From positions 1 through 37,394 of the forward strand of contig NW_021832774.1 of assembly GCF_006345805.1 (NCBI RefSeq): DNA of 37,394 nt, given 5' to 3'. Positions 1-12,775 of the stretch are shown one piece after another. The stretch is from Octopus sinensis (lineage: Eukaryota). The notes under the pieces were generated by a model that was not told where the DNA came from, did not search any database, and saw only the letters and a program-made list of their open reading frames with translations. A program made the translations under genes and the position numbers. The stretch's first letter is position 1. Each line of letters starts with the position of its first letter.

Positions 1-390
1 CTCTTTCTCTCTCTTTTTTCTATCACTCTCTATCTTTCTACCTCTTTCTTTCTCTCATTCTAACCCTCCAACACTCTCTCACTCTCTCTTTTACTCTCTC
101 TCTCTCTCTCTCTCTCTCTCCCCAAACTCTCTTCCAGTGTGCTCGCACACACGCGAACACAAGTATATGTGCTACATACATACATACATACATACAGACA
201 GACAGACAGAAGACAGACAGACAGACAGACAGAAGACAGACAGACAGAAGATAGACAGACAGACAGACAGAAGACAGACAGACATATAACAACATATATG
301 CACATGTGTTTGCGTGTGTGTGCATACATATATACACACGTGTGTGTGTGTATGTGTGTGTGTGTGCATGTGTGTGTGTGTGTGTATGTA
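1..390. repeat. Compound microsatellite block: (CT)n, (TACA)n, (GACA)n, (TG)n
   Basis: Directly visible; source of the ORFs at 38-456. Confidence 0.95.
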
Positions 391-1681
391 CAGGGTGCAG
401 TGAATAAATTGTCTAAATTACGCAAAAATGAAAATAACACTGATATCTCATTTTAACAAATATATTTACCAAAATTACATAAAAGTATCTTGAAATACTA
501 AAGAGTAAATTTATTCAGTAAAATCGCCATTCGCTTCAGCCACGGCCTCCAGACGACTTCGGAATTTCCTGCAACTCTTCTGGACCGTCTCCTTGTTTAA
601 GTTGGTGAATGCTGCCATATTCTTGACCTTCTGTTCATCTTTGGCGTTACAAGAAGTTTTGTTGGTCTCTCTCTCAACTGTGCCCCACACATGATAACCA
701 AGGGGTTGCAGTCTGGGGAGTTAGGTGGCCAGATGTTAGGGGTGATGTGATCTCAGAAATTGTCTAACAGCCATGACTGGATTCTCCTGTTTGTGTGGTA
801 TGGTGCAGAGTCCTGTTGCCAGACATAGGGCCTTCCAGCAGCCACCATCTTGACCCAGGACAGCACTACCTCCTCCAGGCACTTTTTATAGGCCTCCGTA
901 TTGTGTCTGAGGCTGTGTGGGAAGATGAATGGAGGCAAAACGTCGTCATCACTGATGATCACTCCAAGCACCATGATGTTGATTGGATATTTGGTTTTAC
1001 CACTCTCGGTACACGTTTTGGGTACACGGCAAGGCAATGGTTGTTGTGTATGTTCGCCATCTGATCCTGGCAGAAAATTTTCTCACCTGAGAGAGACCAA
1101 AGCATGTTCGTTTGGAAGGGATATTCATGTTTGTTCAAAAACTTCGTAGCACGGTCTTACCTCTTGTCCTGATGGCTTGAGATAAAAATTGGCCCTTTCT
1201 CATCTTATATGAGGAATACCTAATGTCTTCATGTAATACCTCCCTGATAAGAAACTCAAACACTCCCATGTCCCTGGCAATGGACATAACTGACTTGGTG
1301 GGTGAGTGGGCGGGTGGGGGGTCTTTGTGAATCATGACCTGGATCTCACCAACAAATTCAGGAGTTCTTTTCTTATCAGAAAGATCAGAGTGAGATTTTC
1401 GAGCTGCCGCACCTTCGTAATCCCCATTAGATTCATCGAGCTCCTTCCGAATCCTCTGCACTTTCTTCAAACTAAAATGTTCGTATTGGAGCTTCTGACG
1501 CGAATGTTAAGCAGTACAGCATGTCGTTTCCAAATTTTTGGCAGAGTAAATTACGTTATAGTGCTATTTTTCTCACGAACGGTCCCCAATTGATCCTACT
1601 CTACTGTGTAGTCGACAAAAAGAAAAACAAACAGCACTAAATAAAAAATATAAAATGCGAAAATTTACCCATCGTTCCCTG
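391..1681 (-). mobile_element. Tc1/mariner DNA transposon, DD37D (maT-like), full length (about 1.29 kb), decayed
   Basis: TA dinucleotides at 389-390 and 1682-1683. Degenerate TIRs: 391-413 CAGGGTGCAGTGAATAAATTGTC versus revcomp of 1659-1681 CAGGGAACGATGGGTAAATTTTC (16/23). Transposase remnants lie inside. Confidence 0.9.
512..1559 (-). pseudogene. Disrupted DD37D transposase
   Basis: Motifs WQQDSAPYH, WPPNSPDCNP-(L)-G-YHVWG and C-terminal CRKFRSRLEAVAEANGDFTE* (stop 512-514). 37 residues separate the second D from the third catalytic position. In-frame TGA at 753-755, a 1-nt frameshift after NP, and a further frameshift near 1135. The start (probably mutated to ATA near 1557-1559) is inferred. 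Confidence 0.85.
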
Positions 1682-1713
1682 TATATATATATATATATAT
1701 GGGTTCGACTACT

Positions 1714-1754
1714 CCACATTGATAAAGGGCAAATACCCTGAAACTAGTCTCTGG
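1714..1754 (+). ncRNA. Degenerate minimal type I hammerhead ribozyme motif
   Basis: CCACA-TTGATAA-AGGG caaata CCCT-GAAAC TA GTC-TCTGG. Stem II is perfect, stem III is the palindrome ACTAGT, stem I is 4/5. The core has two changes from CTGATGA. Confidence 0.6.
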
Positions 1755-1920
1755 TTGTCTGAACCAGTAAGAGGAAGCTGATGACCTCTCCTGTTCGAGG
1801 TTTGTGTGTCACATAGCTAGCTAGAGGCGATGGCTTCTTGGAGCTAATCAACGGCAGCATTCGTCCTATTTTTCTTGTCTGCCAAGTTAGCTTGGCAATA
1901 ACTATTAATATATATATATT

Positions 1921-2250
1921 GAAGATGCAATGGCCCAGTGGTTCGGTTGTAGGATCGCGGTTTCGATTTCCAGACTGGGCGTTGTGAGTGTTTATTAAGC
2001 GAAAACACCTAAAGCTCCACGAGTTTCCAGCAGGGTGGGTGGCGAACCCTGCTGTAGTTCTCTTTCACTACAACTTTCTCTCACTCTTTTTTCCTGTTTC
2101 TGTTGAGAACTTTGTGTCACGTGTAACTACGTTATTGGTACACGTGTCTGCGGAGTGCTCAGCCACTTGCACGTTAATATCACGAATAGGCTGTTCCATT
2201 GATCGGATCAACTGGAACACTCATTGTCGTAACTGACAGAGTGCCACAAA
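1921..2250 (+). mobile_element. tRNA-derived SINE (family B)
   Basis: A-box-like TGGCCCAGTGG, B-box-like GGTTTCGATTTCC with an internal deletion, a body, and an A-rich end. Confidence 0.75.
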
Positions 2251-2957
2251 AAGCAAAAAGATGTATATAATTGAAAATACACATTAAGTGTAGGATATCA
2301 CCAACGAGTGGTAAGTACACAGTGATAAGTAAAGACGAAATGCTAAAGGAAGTCTAACTCCTCCTCAGTTGTCGTCTGTTTATTACTACATGTTTCGACC
2401 TTTCAACGATAAAACAAGGAAAACTTCATTCAGAAAATTTTAAAATATAACATTTATTTCTAACGAACAAGTGACACCAGAGTGGACGTACAGAATAAAC
2501 AATCGATGAAGACAGACATTAAAGGCTGTTAGGACAAGACGAATAGTAATGGGTAACGCCTGGGAGAAATTTTGAAAGAATATAGAATAAACAGAAGAGG
2601 AAAAATATCGAGCGGCTAGAGAAATTACGTCCAGCTGACTGACCATCTCGTCCTAAAAAGACAGAGACGGAGATATGGCTTGTAGTCACGTGGAATCAAC
2701 AGGAAGAGGGGAAGGGGGACAAGAGAGAGGAGAAGGGAAAGAAAGGAAGGGAGAAGGAAAGTAAGAAAGACTAGGGACAGCAAAGAAGGAGGGGGAGAAA
2801 AAGAAACATAGAGGATTATAAAGGGATAGAGAGAAAGAAAGAAAATAGGCAGAGAAGTGCGTGTGAAGTCGCAGAAATTATATATAAATGTAAAAACTTA
2901 CTGTTGACAAAGGCTACTATATGCACGAGAAGACGTATATACAGATATATATATATA

Positions 2958-3001
<44 letters not shown>

Positions 3002-3005
<4 letters not shown>

Positions 3006-3333
3006 ACCCCTTCGGTCATGAGTGACCATGGGTTTGCACCTAGAGAGTTACCTCTGAGGCACAAGTCTGGGCAAGTTTTTTATGGAAGACCAGTAGTCGC
3101 CATGCATACCGGCCTCCCTCTCCACGCCACCAGTGTTATCCAAGGGAAAGACAAAGGTCGATACAGCTTGGCACCTGTGACGTCGCAACTCATTTCTTTA
3201 CAGCTGAGTGAACTGGAGCAACGTGAAATAAAGTGTCTTGCTCAAGAACACAACACGCAGCCCGGTCCGGGATTCGAGCTCACAACCTCACGATCGTAAG
3301 CTCGACGCTCTAACCACTGAGCCATGCGCCTTC
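3002..3333 (-). mobile_element. tRNA-derived SINE with CORE-like central domain (family D)
   Basis: Minus strand has A box TGGCTCAGTGG, B-box-like GCTCGAATCC, then TGTGTTCTTGAGCAAGACACTTTATTTCAC, which resembles the CORE domain (TGTGACCTTGGGCAAGTCACTTAAC). The family name is not verified. Confidence 0.85.
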
Positions 3334-3387
3334 ATATATATATAAACATACTAATCTGCACGTATACATACAAACATACAAAAATAC

Positions 3388-3555
3388 CTTGCTGCTGATG
3401 TTGAAATTCCAATGAAGGAGCCTTGGATCTAGGTTAGGAACTGGCTCTTTCTCTATTGGCAAGAAATCTTGAAATAAAACTGAATTATGACATACATACG
3501 TACATACATACATGCATACATACATACATACATACATACATACATACATACATAC
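3388..3555 (+). mobile_element. About 100-bp dispersed repeat with (TACA)n tail
   Basis: A diverged second copy at about 26088-26185 shares TTAG-AACTGGCTCTTTC and the CCAAT-AA-GA-CCT segment, and is also followed by TACA/TATG repeats. Confidence 0.55.
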
Positions 3556-3590
3556 TGTCTGATGACGGTTAGTAATCCGAAACATCGAAG
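3555..3590 (+). ncRNA. Degenerate minimal hammerhead ribozyme motif
   Basis: CTGT-CTGATGA-C-GG ttagtaat CC-GAAAC ATC-GAAG. The core is intact. GAAACATC is one CpG transition from GAAACGTC. Stem I is 3/4. Confidence 0.55.
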
Positions 3591-4313
3591 CCAGTGTCGT
3601 TCTCTTTCTTCTAAACACATATAAAAGCGGCACGCCTCCAAGTATTATTGAGTGATTCTTCATCTTGATATAAGGTTGGTGTTCTTTGTATATATGACCT
3701 AAATAAAATCAAGTATCAATACATCTATATATACATGTGTGTGTGTGTGTGTTTGCATGTTGTGTATACGTACATGTCTGTGTGAGTAAATGTGTGGGGG
3801 GATGTGCATGCATTTATGCATATATTCGGAGTTTATAAGGACTTTTCCAGAATCAGCAGAAGAAACGTCATAAGTGCGACATAACGGTTGCAGAAAATCA
3901 ATCCAGATGGCGCTGGCTAGGAAAATTAATTATGAAACACAGTATCTATGGAACACAGTATCTTTATCGGTGTGGTGACAATAAGTATTACTTTACGCTC
4001 CTATTAGAGCTTTTCAGCGAATTTTTGAAAAGATTTGACTTAAAGATTAATCAAGATTATGTGTATATAGGACAGATTATTTAAAAACTTCCTGTAATCT
4101 TGACTTAAAAGTCTTAAAAGATCTATTCCATATACATACATACATGAGATGGTAATCAGTAAGCTTTTCCGTAGCTGCAGCTTCTTATCATGATAGTGCG
4201 TGTGCTACAGAATGTGTGTCTTTGTGTTCATAGTCGGTGTAATCGATTTACTTTACCCGTAAAATTACTGGTCTGTACCAAAATTTGGAACTACCATCTA
4301 GCAAATATGTCTC

Positions 4314-4530
4314 AGGCGCTCAGCTGGCAGAATCGTTAGCACGCTGGACAAAATACTTAGCGGCATTTTATTCGTCTCTGCTTTCTAGGTTCAAATTCGG
4401 CTGAGGTCGATTTTGCCTTTCATCCGTTCTGGAACGATAAAATAAGTATCAGTCAAGCAATATAGTCGATGTAATTTACTAACCGCTTCCCTTCTAAATT
4501 TCAGGCATTGTGCCTATATTAGAAAGGAAT
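4314..4530 (+). mobile_element. tRNA-derived SINE (family E), diverged
   Basis: Head AGCTGGCAGAATCGTTAGC, B-box-like GGTTCAAATTC and central GCCTTTCATCC motif, all homologous to 24170-24401. Confidence 0.8.
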
Positions 4531-5262
4531 ACCGCAGAAATGTGATCACCTCCATCAAAATCAACTCTAAACTCAGAAATGTTAAAAATCTTTGAGACTT
4601 ATAAAAGAAAAAAACAAGAGGCACATTATCAATAAGAACAATAGCAAAACCAAAGGCAAACATATTTTGTGATATAGGCTTTAAAAAGACAAGTTGTAGT
4701 ACAAGGGTAGTAGCAGCAACCATGACAATATAAGCAACAACTATATAACCGATGAAATAGTCACCTATTTTAACATCTGTAATGATGCCAAGAGCATTGA
4801 CAGTAACAAAAATAATAGTAGAAAGACTACAACTTCCACAGAAGGAACACCAACAGAAATAACATCAATTGTAAAAACAACAAAATCAACAACAATAGCT
4901 ACTGTAACAAGAAAAAACAAGAGTAGTAAGAATGACAACGGCAGCAGTTGTATCAGCAACAAACCCCAAAATGTAACACCAACAACAAAATCAACAACAT
5001 GCGACATTAAGACCAATTCTATTAACAATGAATGCAAGAACAACCAAAAGAAAAATCAATACCAAATAATAATAATAATATAATAATAATATAATACTAA
5101 TATAATAATAATGATAATAATATAATAATAATAATAATATAATAGTAATAATAATAAAGTAGTAGTAATAATAATACTAATAATCATAAGAATAATAATA
5201 TAATAGTAATAGTATAATAGTAATAATAATAATGTAATAATAATAATAGTAATGATAATAAT

Positions 5263-5294
<32 letters not shown>

Positions 5295-5447
5295 TAATAG
5301 TAATGATAATAATAGTAATAATAATAATTATAATAGTAATAATAAAATAGTAATATAATAAAATAATATATAATAATAATAATAGTAATAATAATAATGT
5401 AATAATAAATAATAATAATATAATAATAATTATAATAGTATAATTAT

Positions 5448-5487
<40 letters not shown>

Positions 5488-5565
5488 TAGTAATAATAGT
5501 AATAATAATAATAGTAATATTAATAGTAATAATAGTAATAATAGTAATAATAATAATAATAATAA

Positions 5566-5607
<42 letters not shown>

Positions 5608-6149
5608 CTACAAATGGCACGACGGGAAAATTCCCAAGAACAACAACAATAAACACAAGAGCAACAACTACAGCAACAACAACAAGAAAGCAACAGTATG
5701 CAAGAGTAAAAAACAACAACAACAAAAGCAATATCGTTCACACAACAAAAATGGCAACAACGTAAGCAGTGGTTGCTTGCAAATAGTCACTTATTTTTGA
5801 CATAGGTTATAAAGGAGGTGAGTAAGTGAGGTACCAATCATAATAACCACCACAACAACAGCAACAACAACAATAATACCATAAACAACAATAAAGACCT
5901 TAGACACCAAACACGGCAGCAACGAGCAAAATAGTTACCTATTTTGACTACAACAGCCAAATTGCTAACAAAATCGATGTCAAGTTCAACGCAATCAATA
6001 ATACGAACAACAACAACAACAGCAACTTAACAAGAACAGCAGCAATATTTATAGAAACAGACGGGGGACAGGGATGAAACATCGGCAACAAATCTCATCA
6101 AATCGCAACAAATACAACAACAATAACAACAACAATAATAATGATGATG

Positions 6150-6212
<63 letters not shown>

Positions 6213-6250
6213 GCAATAAGAACAACAACAATAACGAAGATGGCAACAAC
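4530..6250. repeat. A-rich low-complexity region with (AAC)n and long (AAT)n tracts (about 5066-5607 and 6122-6212)
   Basis: Directly visible. Confidence 0.9.
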
Positions 6251-6833
6251 GACTGGAATTATGCCTTGCATAAAAGGTAGATCGTTTCATCCACGCATGC
6301 TCACAGACTTATTTACATATGGTGAAAATGGACAGATTTAATGGGACCCACATAAGCACACATATTATTGAAAAAAAAAAAAAAGAGAAGTCTTCACACA
6401 TACACGTACATACGCGCGCGTACATATGTGCACATACCTACTTATACGCACATACGAAATTTATAGTATTAGGTTTGTACGCTCCACAAATTCATACACA
6501 CACACACACACACACACACACCACACACACACACATACACACATATAAACACATTATGCATAAATTGTAATTGATATTCACACACGTACTAACGTGCTTC
6601 CCATGAGTGTTTCAATAGACACACAGATGCGCACAGCTGTTTATATAAAAGTCATACGTATATGATCTCAGACGCTTTATATACGCATACGAATACACAC
6701 ATACTCGTGTATCCAACCTCACGCGTTATGTATGTTTGCTTGTGTGTGCATATAATACATAAATGAAGATGTGTGTGTGTGTGCGTGTTGCATGTATATA
6801 TAGACATGAACATATACGTCCCTCTCTCTCTCT

Positions 6834-6837
<4 letters not shown>

Positions 6838-6903
<66 letters not shown>

Positions 6904-6958
6904 TATATATATATCTATATATATACATATATATATATACAGATATATATATATACAT

Positions 6959-7008
<50 letters not shown>

Positions 7009-7110
7009 ACATATATATATATTATATATATACACATGTAGATACATATATACATATGGGTGTATATGTACCGATATATGTATGTTATATTATATATATA
7101 TATATATACA
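6838..7110. repeat. Long interrupted (TA)n
   Basis: Directly visible. Confidence 0.95.
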
Positions 7111-7718
7111 TACATGTATTCCAAAATTCCCATACATGCGTGCATATACATAAGAATGCATTCTCCAAAATGCTGTCATCTCTTGTGTCTGTGTATATGT
7201 GTATAAGTGTATGTACATGCGTAAATGTATACATATGTATATACACAGAGAGACGCATACATGTGCGTGTGTGTGCGCGCGCGCATGTGTGTATGTGTGT
7301 GTAAAGTTACACGGTCACATATTCACTCAGCATATCCAAAGTCACTGTGAGATGCAACTGATGTACAACACATACACACACACACAGAGGCACACACACA
7401 CATACACACACGCACGCACTCACGCACACGAACTCACGCACACGCACTCACGCACACACACACACATATCGATCCATGTATACGTATATATATATATATA
7501 TATATATATTACATACAGAGAAGCCAATTTCTATACGAAACTATAAATACGTAAAAAAAGGAAAAGAAAATACAAATTGTCGCACTGGGGCACACATATA
7601 CTGACACAGTCATATGCTTAATACACATGCACGTAAAAACATGTATGAGTACGCACCACATGTGCAAACACACTCATACGCGCACACATACACGTGTGTT
7701 CGATCTCTCTTTCATGCA

Positions 7719-7756
<38 letters not shown>

Positions 7757-8237
7757 CACAATCACGCTCATATACAGACAAAGCATTGCTGTGTTGTACA
7801 CAATTGTTTGTTCAATATGAAGCACATATTCAAGCAAAACTTCTATTTCAAAAGGCGTGTGCAGTCTGCAGTACGTCACGGTCCCGTGAACCACCAGCGG
7901 ACAGCAACGGGCGGCGGTCGATGGTTGTGGGTGTATAAACGACATTAGAGTGGTGACGGCTGTAACGGGGAGTGTCTGTGTGTGTACGTGTGTACGCGTG
8001 TGCGCGCGCAGATGTGTGTGTATGCGTGTGTGAGTGTGTGTGTTGTGGGTAGGGTATTAACTGTGTTAGTGTGTTGGTGAAGATGCAGGCGACGAACGGA
8101 ATGAGAGGACATTTATTTTATAGCAGACCAAACGGTCTGACGTGTTAAATGAATTCAATCTCAGGATATAGCAGACACACACAGACATTAAAACACATAA
8201 ATACACGCATATACAGACGTGCACACATACTCACAAA

Positions 8238-8242
<5 letters not shown>

Positions 8243-8268
<26 letters not shown>

Positions 8269-8386
8269 CATAGGCACATATACGTCTATATAAACATATT
8301 TGCGTATACATGCATATATGAATGTTTTTATATGTATGTATGTATGTATATATGTATGTATGTATGCATGTATGTATATATATATG

Positions 8387-8420
<34 letters not shown>

Positions 8421-8640
8421 ATATATATATATATAATTATATATATATATTGATATATATAATATATAATATTCAAATATATATATTTCACACATATATA
8501 TATAGTAATATATATATATATATATATTATATATGCATAGATGCTCACACATATATATACACACACATATATGTATATGTAATATATATATATATACATA
8601 CATACACACACACACATATATAATATATGTATATGTATAT
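8243..8640. repeat. (TA)n/(TATG)n compound microsatellite
   Basis: Directly visible. Confidence 0.9.
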
Positions 8641-9654
8641 GCATGCGTGAAGTCTCGTGCACACACACTATAGAGGAATAAAAGGAGAGTTAGGTAGATG
8701 GGGGAACATCTCTAGAGGAGGCAATTGATGCTGGAGGTAGGGTGGTTGTGGGAGATATTAAACGAGTTAAAAGAAACAAAATACAAAATAAAGGTGAACG
8801 AAAAAATATAAATTACAAAGTAAAAGAGAAGAGTGGAAGAGGAAAGGGAGATAATTTTTGTATGTGATGTGATGTGGTGTGTGGGGTGGGATGGTTTGTG
8901 TGGCGTGGTGTAGTGTGGTAGAGAGGTGATGGTTATTGAAGTTGAGTTCTCGACGAGAAGTGAGTAAAAAAATGGGAATAGAGCGGGTTGAACGTGTGTA
9001 AACAGAAAGTGGTTTATGTTTTGATAGAGTTTAAGGAATAAAAAAGAATATAACAGTAACAAATACATAGGAAATAAATAAGGTAAAATATCAAACATAG
9101 CAAAACAAACAAGAAAACAAACATCGTTGAAAAAAAAAACAAAAGCAAAACAAATAATGCGTCGAGTGGTTTCGCGCGGACCGTTCAAATTAAAAGTGGA
9201 TACAAAAACGATAAGTAAATTGACAAGATGGCGGATCTAGACTGGAACAGCTTATGGAGGGAAGAATGACAGACGTGCAGAGGGGTATTGGTCGATCGAG
9301 ATGAGCCCGAAGGGAAGTAACTGTGATTACGTCTACAATAGTTGTAGCATAAAGCGAAGAGAAATATCGAGAGAGAGAAATGTTAATGAGAAATAGAATA
9401 AAAAGAACTATCGTAATTAAATAGAATATGTATGTTGAAAATTGAAACATTAAACTCATCAAAAATTGATAAACATATAGTTAGTCACTCAAACAAATGT
9501 ACAGATTGACAGAGTGAAAAATTCGGAGATAGACAGAGAGAACTAGACAGACAGAGGACGGACAAACTGACAGACGACAAACTGACAGACGGACAACTGA
9601 CAGACGGGCGTATGGTTAGAGAGACAGGCAGATTGATCGATAGTTAGACAGACA

Positions 9655-9816
9655 GGCAGATAGATAGATATATGATTATATAGATAGATAGATAGATAGA
9701 TAAGATAGATGATAGATAGATAGAGAAGATAGATAGATAGTAATAGGTAGGTAGGTAGGTAAGTAGGTAGGTATGTAGGTAGGTAGGTAGGTAGGTAGGT
9801 AGGTAGGTAGATAGAT

Positions 9817-9895
<79 letters not shown>
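9655..9895. repeat. (GATA)n-(GGTA)n-(GATA)n compound microsatellite
   Basis: Directly visible. Confidence 0.95.
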
Positions 9896-10381
9896 GAAGA
9901 TAGAAGGATAATTAGAATTGGGAAGAAAAAATATATGTGCGACAGATGTTGAGGAATAACCATTAATAAGTGAGAGAATTTGAAATAAAAGAAGTTCTGA
10001 AAATATCTGTGTTCTGTCCTGACCTTAATTCACAAGGTTTAGCACGACATAATCTGAAGGACTTCCGCTCTAAACTTCATGTTGTAACCCACTAACTGAA
10101 GTGGCCAACGGATCCTTACAACACTTCCTTTCCATTTAATGAAACAGCCAAATAGAAAAATATAGTTTTATTTAGAAAAGAGTCTAATACTTGTATATGT
10201 ATCTGCTTCACTTCGGCCGTATTTATATAAAATACAAGTTAAAACTGACAGAAACCTTACCAACAGACAGTAACTCTTAGGACTGTATTTTGATGCTTTG
10301 TTATAGCTATTTGAATGCTCACATGCCCTTAATGCCTTTAGGAAAGTCACAAGCTTCACAATATCGCATTATGCATTATTA

Positions 10382-10425
<44 letters not shown>

Positions 10426-11094
10426 GTAGCCAGTTCTCTAAGTGTAGTTCTTGACTCGGTTTTGATTTCGAGGGTGAAGTCTTTTGTTTTGTTTTTGTTC
10501 GTTTTCTCGTTTATGTTTTTTTTTTCTTGTTCATTCACGATCATTTTCTTTGAGAAACGAATCAACGTCACGCCTTCATGCAGCCAACTCAGTCTACTAG
10601 AAATAGCAACCAAATCTCCTCGTACTGTATTACACACCTTCATCGTCTTTGAAAATACTATACATAGAGTTAAAGAAGTAAGGGTGTAAGGGTGTAAGGG
10701 TTAGAGTGTATCTGAATAAAATACAGGGTAGTTATGGTTGGAACGACTTAGAGCATAGGTTTACTTCATTATGGCTGATCTAGGGATAAAGAACATTGAC
10801 AACAAAACAACACAGGCATCAGCTGCAACAACATTTATATTAACTTACATTCTTAAAACGTCTCGCAACTCGTAACATAATCGATACTTCTTTCTTTTTA
10901 TCTTTTCGTTTTTGTAAAAAACATCGATATACTAATCTATTTTACTTCCTGTTTTTTATCTTCATGATTCTTTCAAGAAAATTAAGGTCGTGACTGTCTT
11001 CAGCCGTGATGTAATTCATTCTAGTTCGTATGTTGTTGTTTTTTTTCTTATTTCTTTTTTTTTTAGTGAAACACCATCGGGTATTTCATAAAAC

Positions 11095-11327
11095 TGTATG
11101 TGTGTGCGTGTGTGTGTGCTTGTGTACGTTTGTGTGTGTATGAGTGTATGTGTGTGTGTATGAGTGTGTGTTTGTGTGTGTTGAGTGTGTGTGTGTGTGT
11201 GTGTGTGTATGGTGTGTGTATATGAGTGTGTGTGTATGAGTGTGTGTGTGTGTGCGTGTGTGTGTGTGCTTGTGTACGTTTGTGTGTGTATGTGTGTGTG
11301 TGTGGGTGTGTGTGTATGTGTGTGTGT

Positions 11328-11367
<40 letters not shown>
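11095..11367. repeat. Interrupted (TG)n
   Basis: Directly visible. Confidence 0.95.
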
Positions 11368-11369
<2 letters not shown>

Positions 11370-12542
11370 ACGTGTATTGTAAGGAGTGGGTCTGTAGCTT
11401 AATATAATATTCTCTAGGAATTCGTGCAGCGATATTTAGTGAGATTAATACAGAGAAATAAATTTTTTTAAGAGATCATAGTTAATAAAGATGTATAATA
11501 TCGGTGACACAAAGGGCAATGTAGATTAATAATTTGAGAGAGAGAAAGAGCGAAAGAGGGAGAGAGAGAGAGAAAGAAAGAAAGAGAAAGAGAGAGAGAG
11601 GGGGGATGGACTGTGTATATGGCTGTATATGAGAGGAGGTTGAATGAATATAATTTATCCACAATGGAAATAGTTTTTTTAAAAGTCAGGGAAGAAGTGG
11701 TATGACTTGTCTATTGGGTTGAATTTTTAAAATCTTTCACTTCACGGAATTTTCATTTTGGTAACTGGATTTCAGAATAATCAAGCTTGTTTTGTAAGAA
11801 GTGTGGGCGCATATCACAGCCTCCAAGGAACTATGCATTTACGAAATCACTTCATCGCAGGATTAGAATATCAATTTAACACATACTTTTCTCATAAGAC
11901 GATTGGTACTCGTCGTGGCATGCTAATGCACCACTATAATTCAATTTACTCTGCTATTTGTAACGGTCTCTTTTATTATGTACTTGGATACCTGGAGCAG
12001 ACTACTGATAGTTAAGAGATTTTGTTCGGTTGTCTGGGTTTTTCTTTCCAGAACCAATAAAACATTAGCAACAAGATATACATAGCCAGTTCATCGACAG
12101 GTAGACATTCGTTATAACTTTTTTCCAACTTTCACACGGTTTAACATAATGATATGGACTCTGGGTAGCATTATGGTGTCCAAGCTGTTCCAAAAATTAG
12201 CATTATGTCTAAGGAAAATTCTTCTTCTTTTCTTGCTAGCATTCGCGCATGAGGCTCAGTCGTGACTGCTGCTCTTTTTCCGTAAACGAGGCATTAAAAA
12301 CAGGTGGCAAAAACAAAACAAGTGGTTGACCGAACTTTCAGCACGGTCATCCGACAAGCCTTGCATAGTCTATATCTTACATTCTCAGGTAGGAACGCAA
12401 AAAGAAAACACGACGTATTCTGGTGTATACCATTTCAGAGGAGACAGGGTGGTTATGATATAGCTGACTTCAATAGGATTACAATAGTAAAATTTACTAT
12501 AATACTAATGAATGACAAAAGAGAAAACGTCATTATATTGGT

Positions 12543-12751
12543 TTTGAAATTTGGTACAAGGCCAGTGATTTCAGGGAAGGTATAAGTCGATTAGATCGAT
12601 CCCAGAGCTCAATTCGTACATATTTTACCGACTCCGAAGGATAAAAGGCAAAGTCGGCCTCGGCGGAATTTGAGCTCAGAACGTAAAGACGGACGATATT
12701 CCGGTAAGCATTTTGCCCGACGTGTTAATGATTTTGCCAGCTCGTCGCCTT
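12543..12751 (-). mobile_element. SINE family E copy
   Basis: Revcomp begins AGGCGACGAGCTGGCAAAATC and contains GTTCTGAGCTCAAATTCCGCCGAGG and GACTTTGCCTTTTATCC. Confidence 0.85.
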
Positions 12752-12775
12752 AAAACATCTTTATATTAATAACAG

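Noticed and set aside
2378-2416. Possible hammerhead relic on the minus strand (GGTC-GAAAC-AT-GTA-GTAATAAAC)
   Set aside because: Only the 3' half is recognisable; CUGANGA and the 5' strand of stem II are missing.
3255-3333. tRNA gene-like A/B boxes (also at other SINE heads)
   Set aside because: They continue into SINE bodies and lack a complete cloverleaf or acceptor stem.
9150-9200. GCGCGAAAC on the minus strand
   Set aside because: No core and no stem III/NUH.
10679-10705. TAAGGGTG x3 as telomeric repeat or G-quadruplex
   Set aside because: Not TTAGGG, and only three G-tracts.
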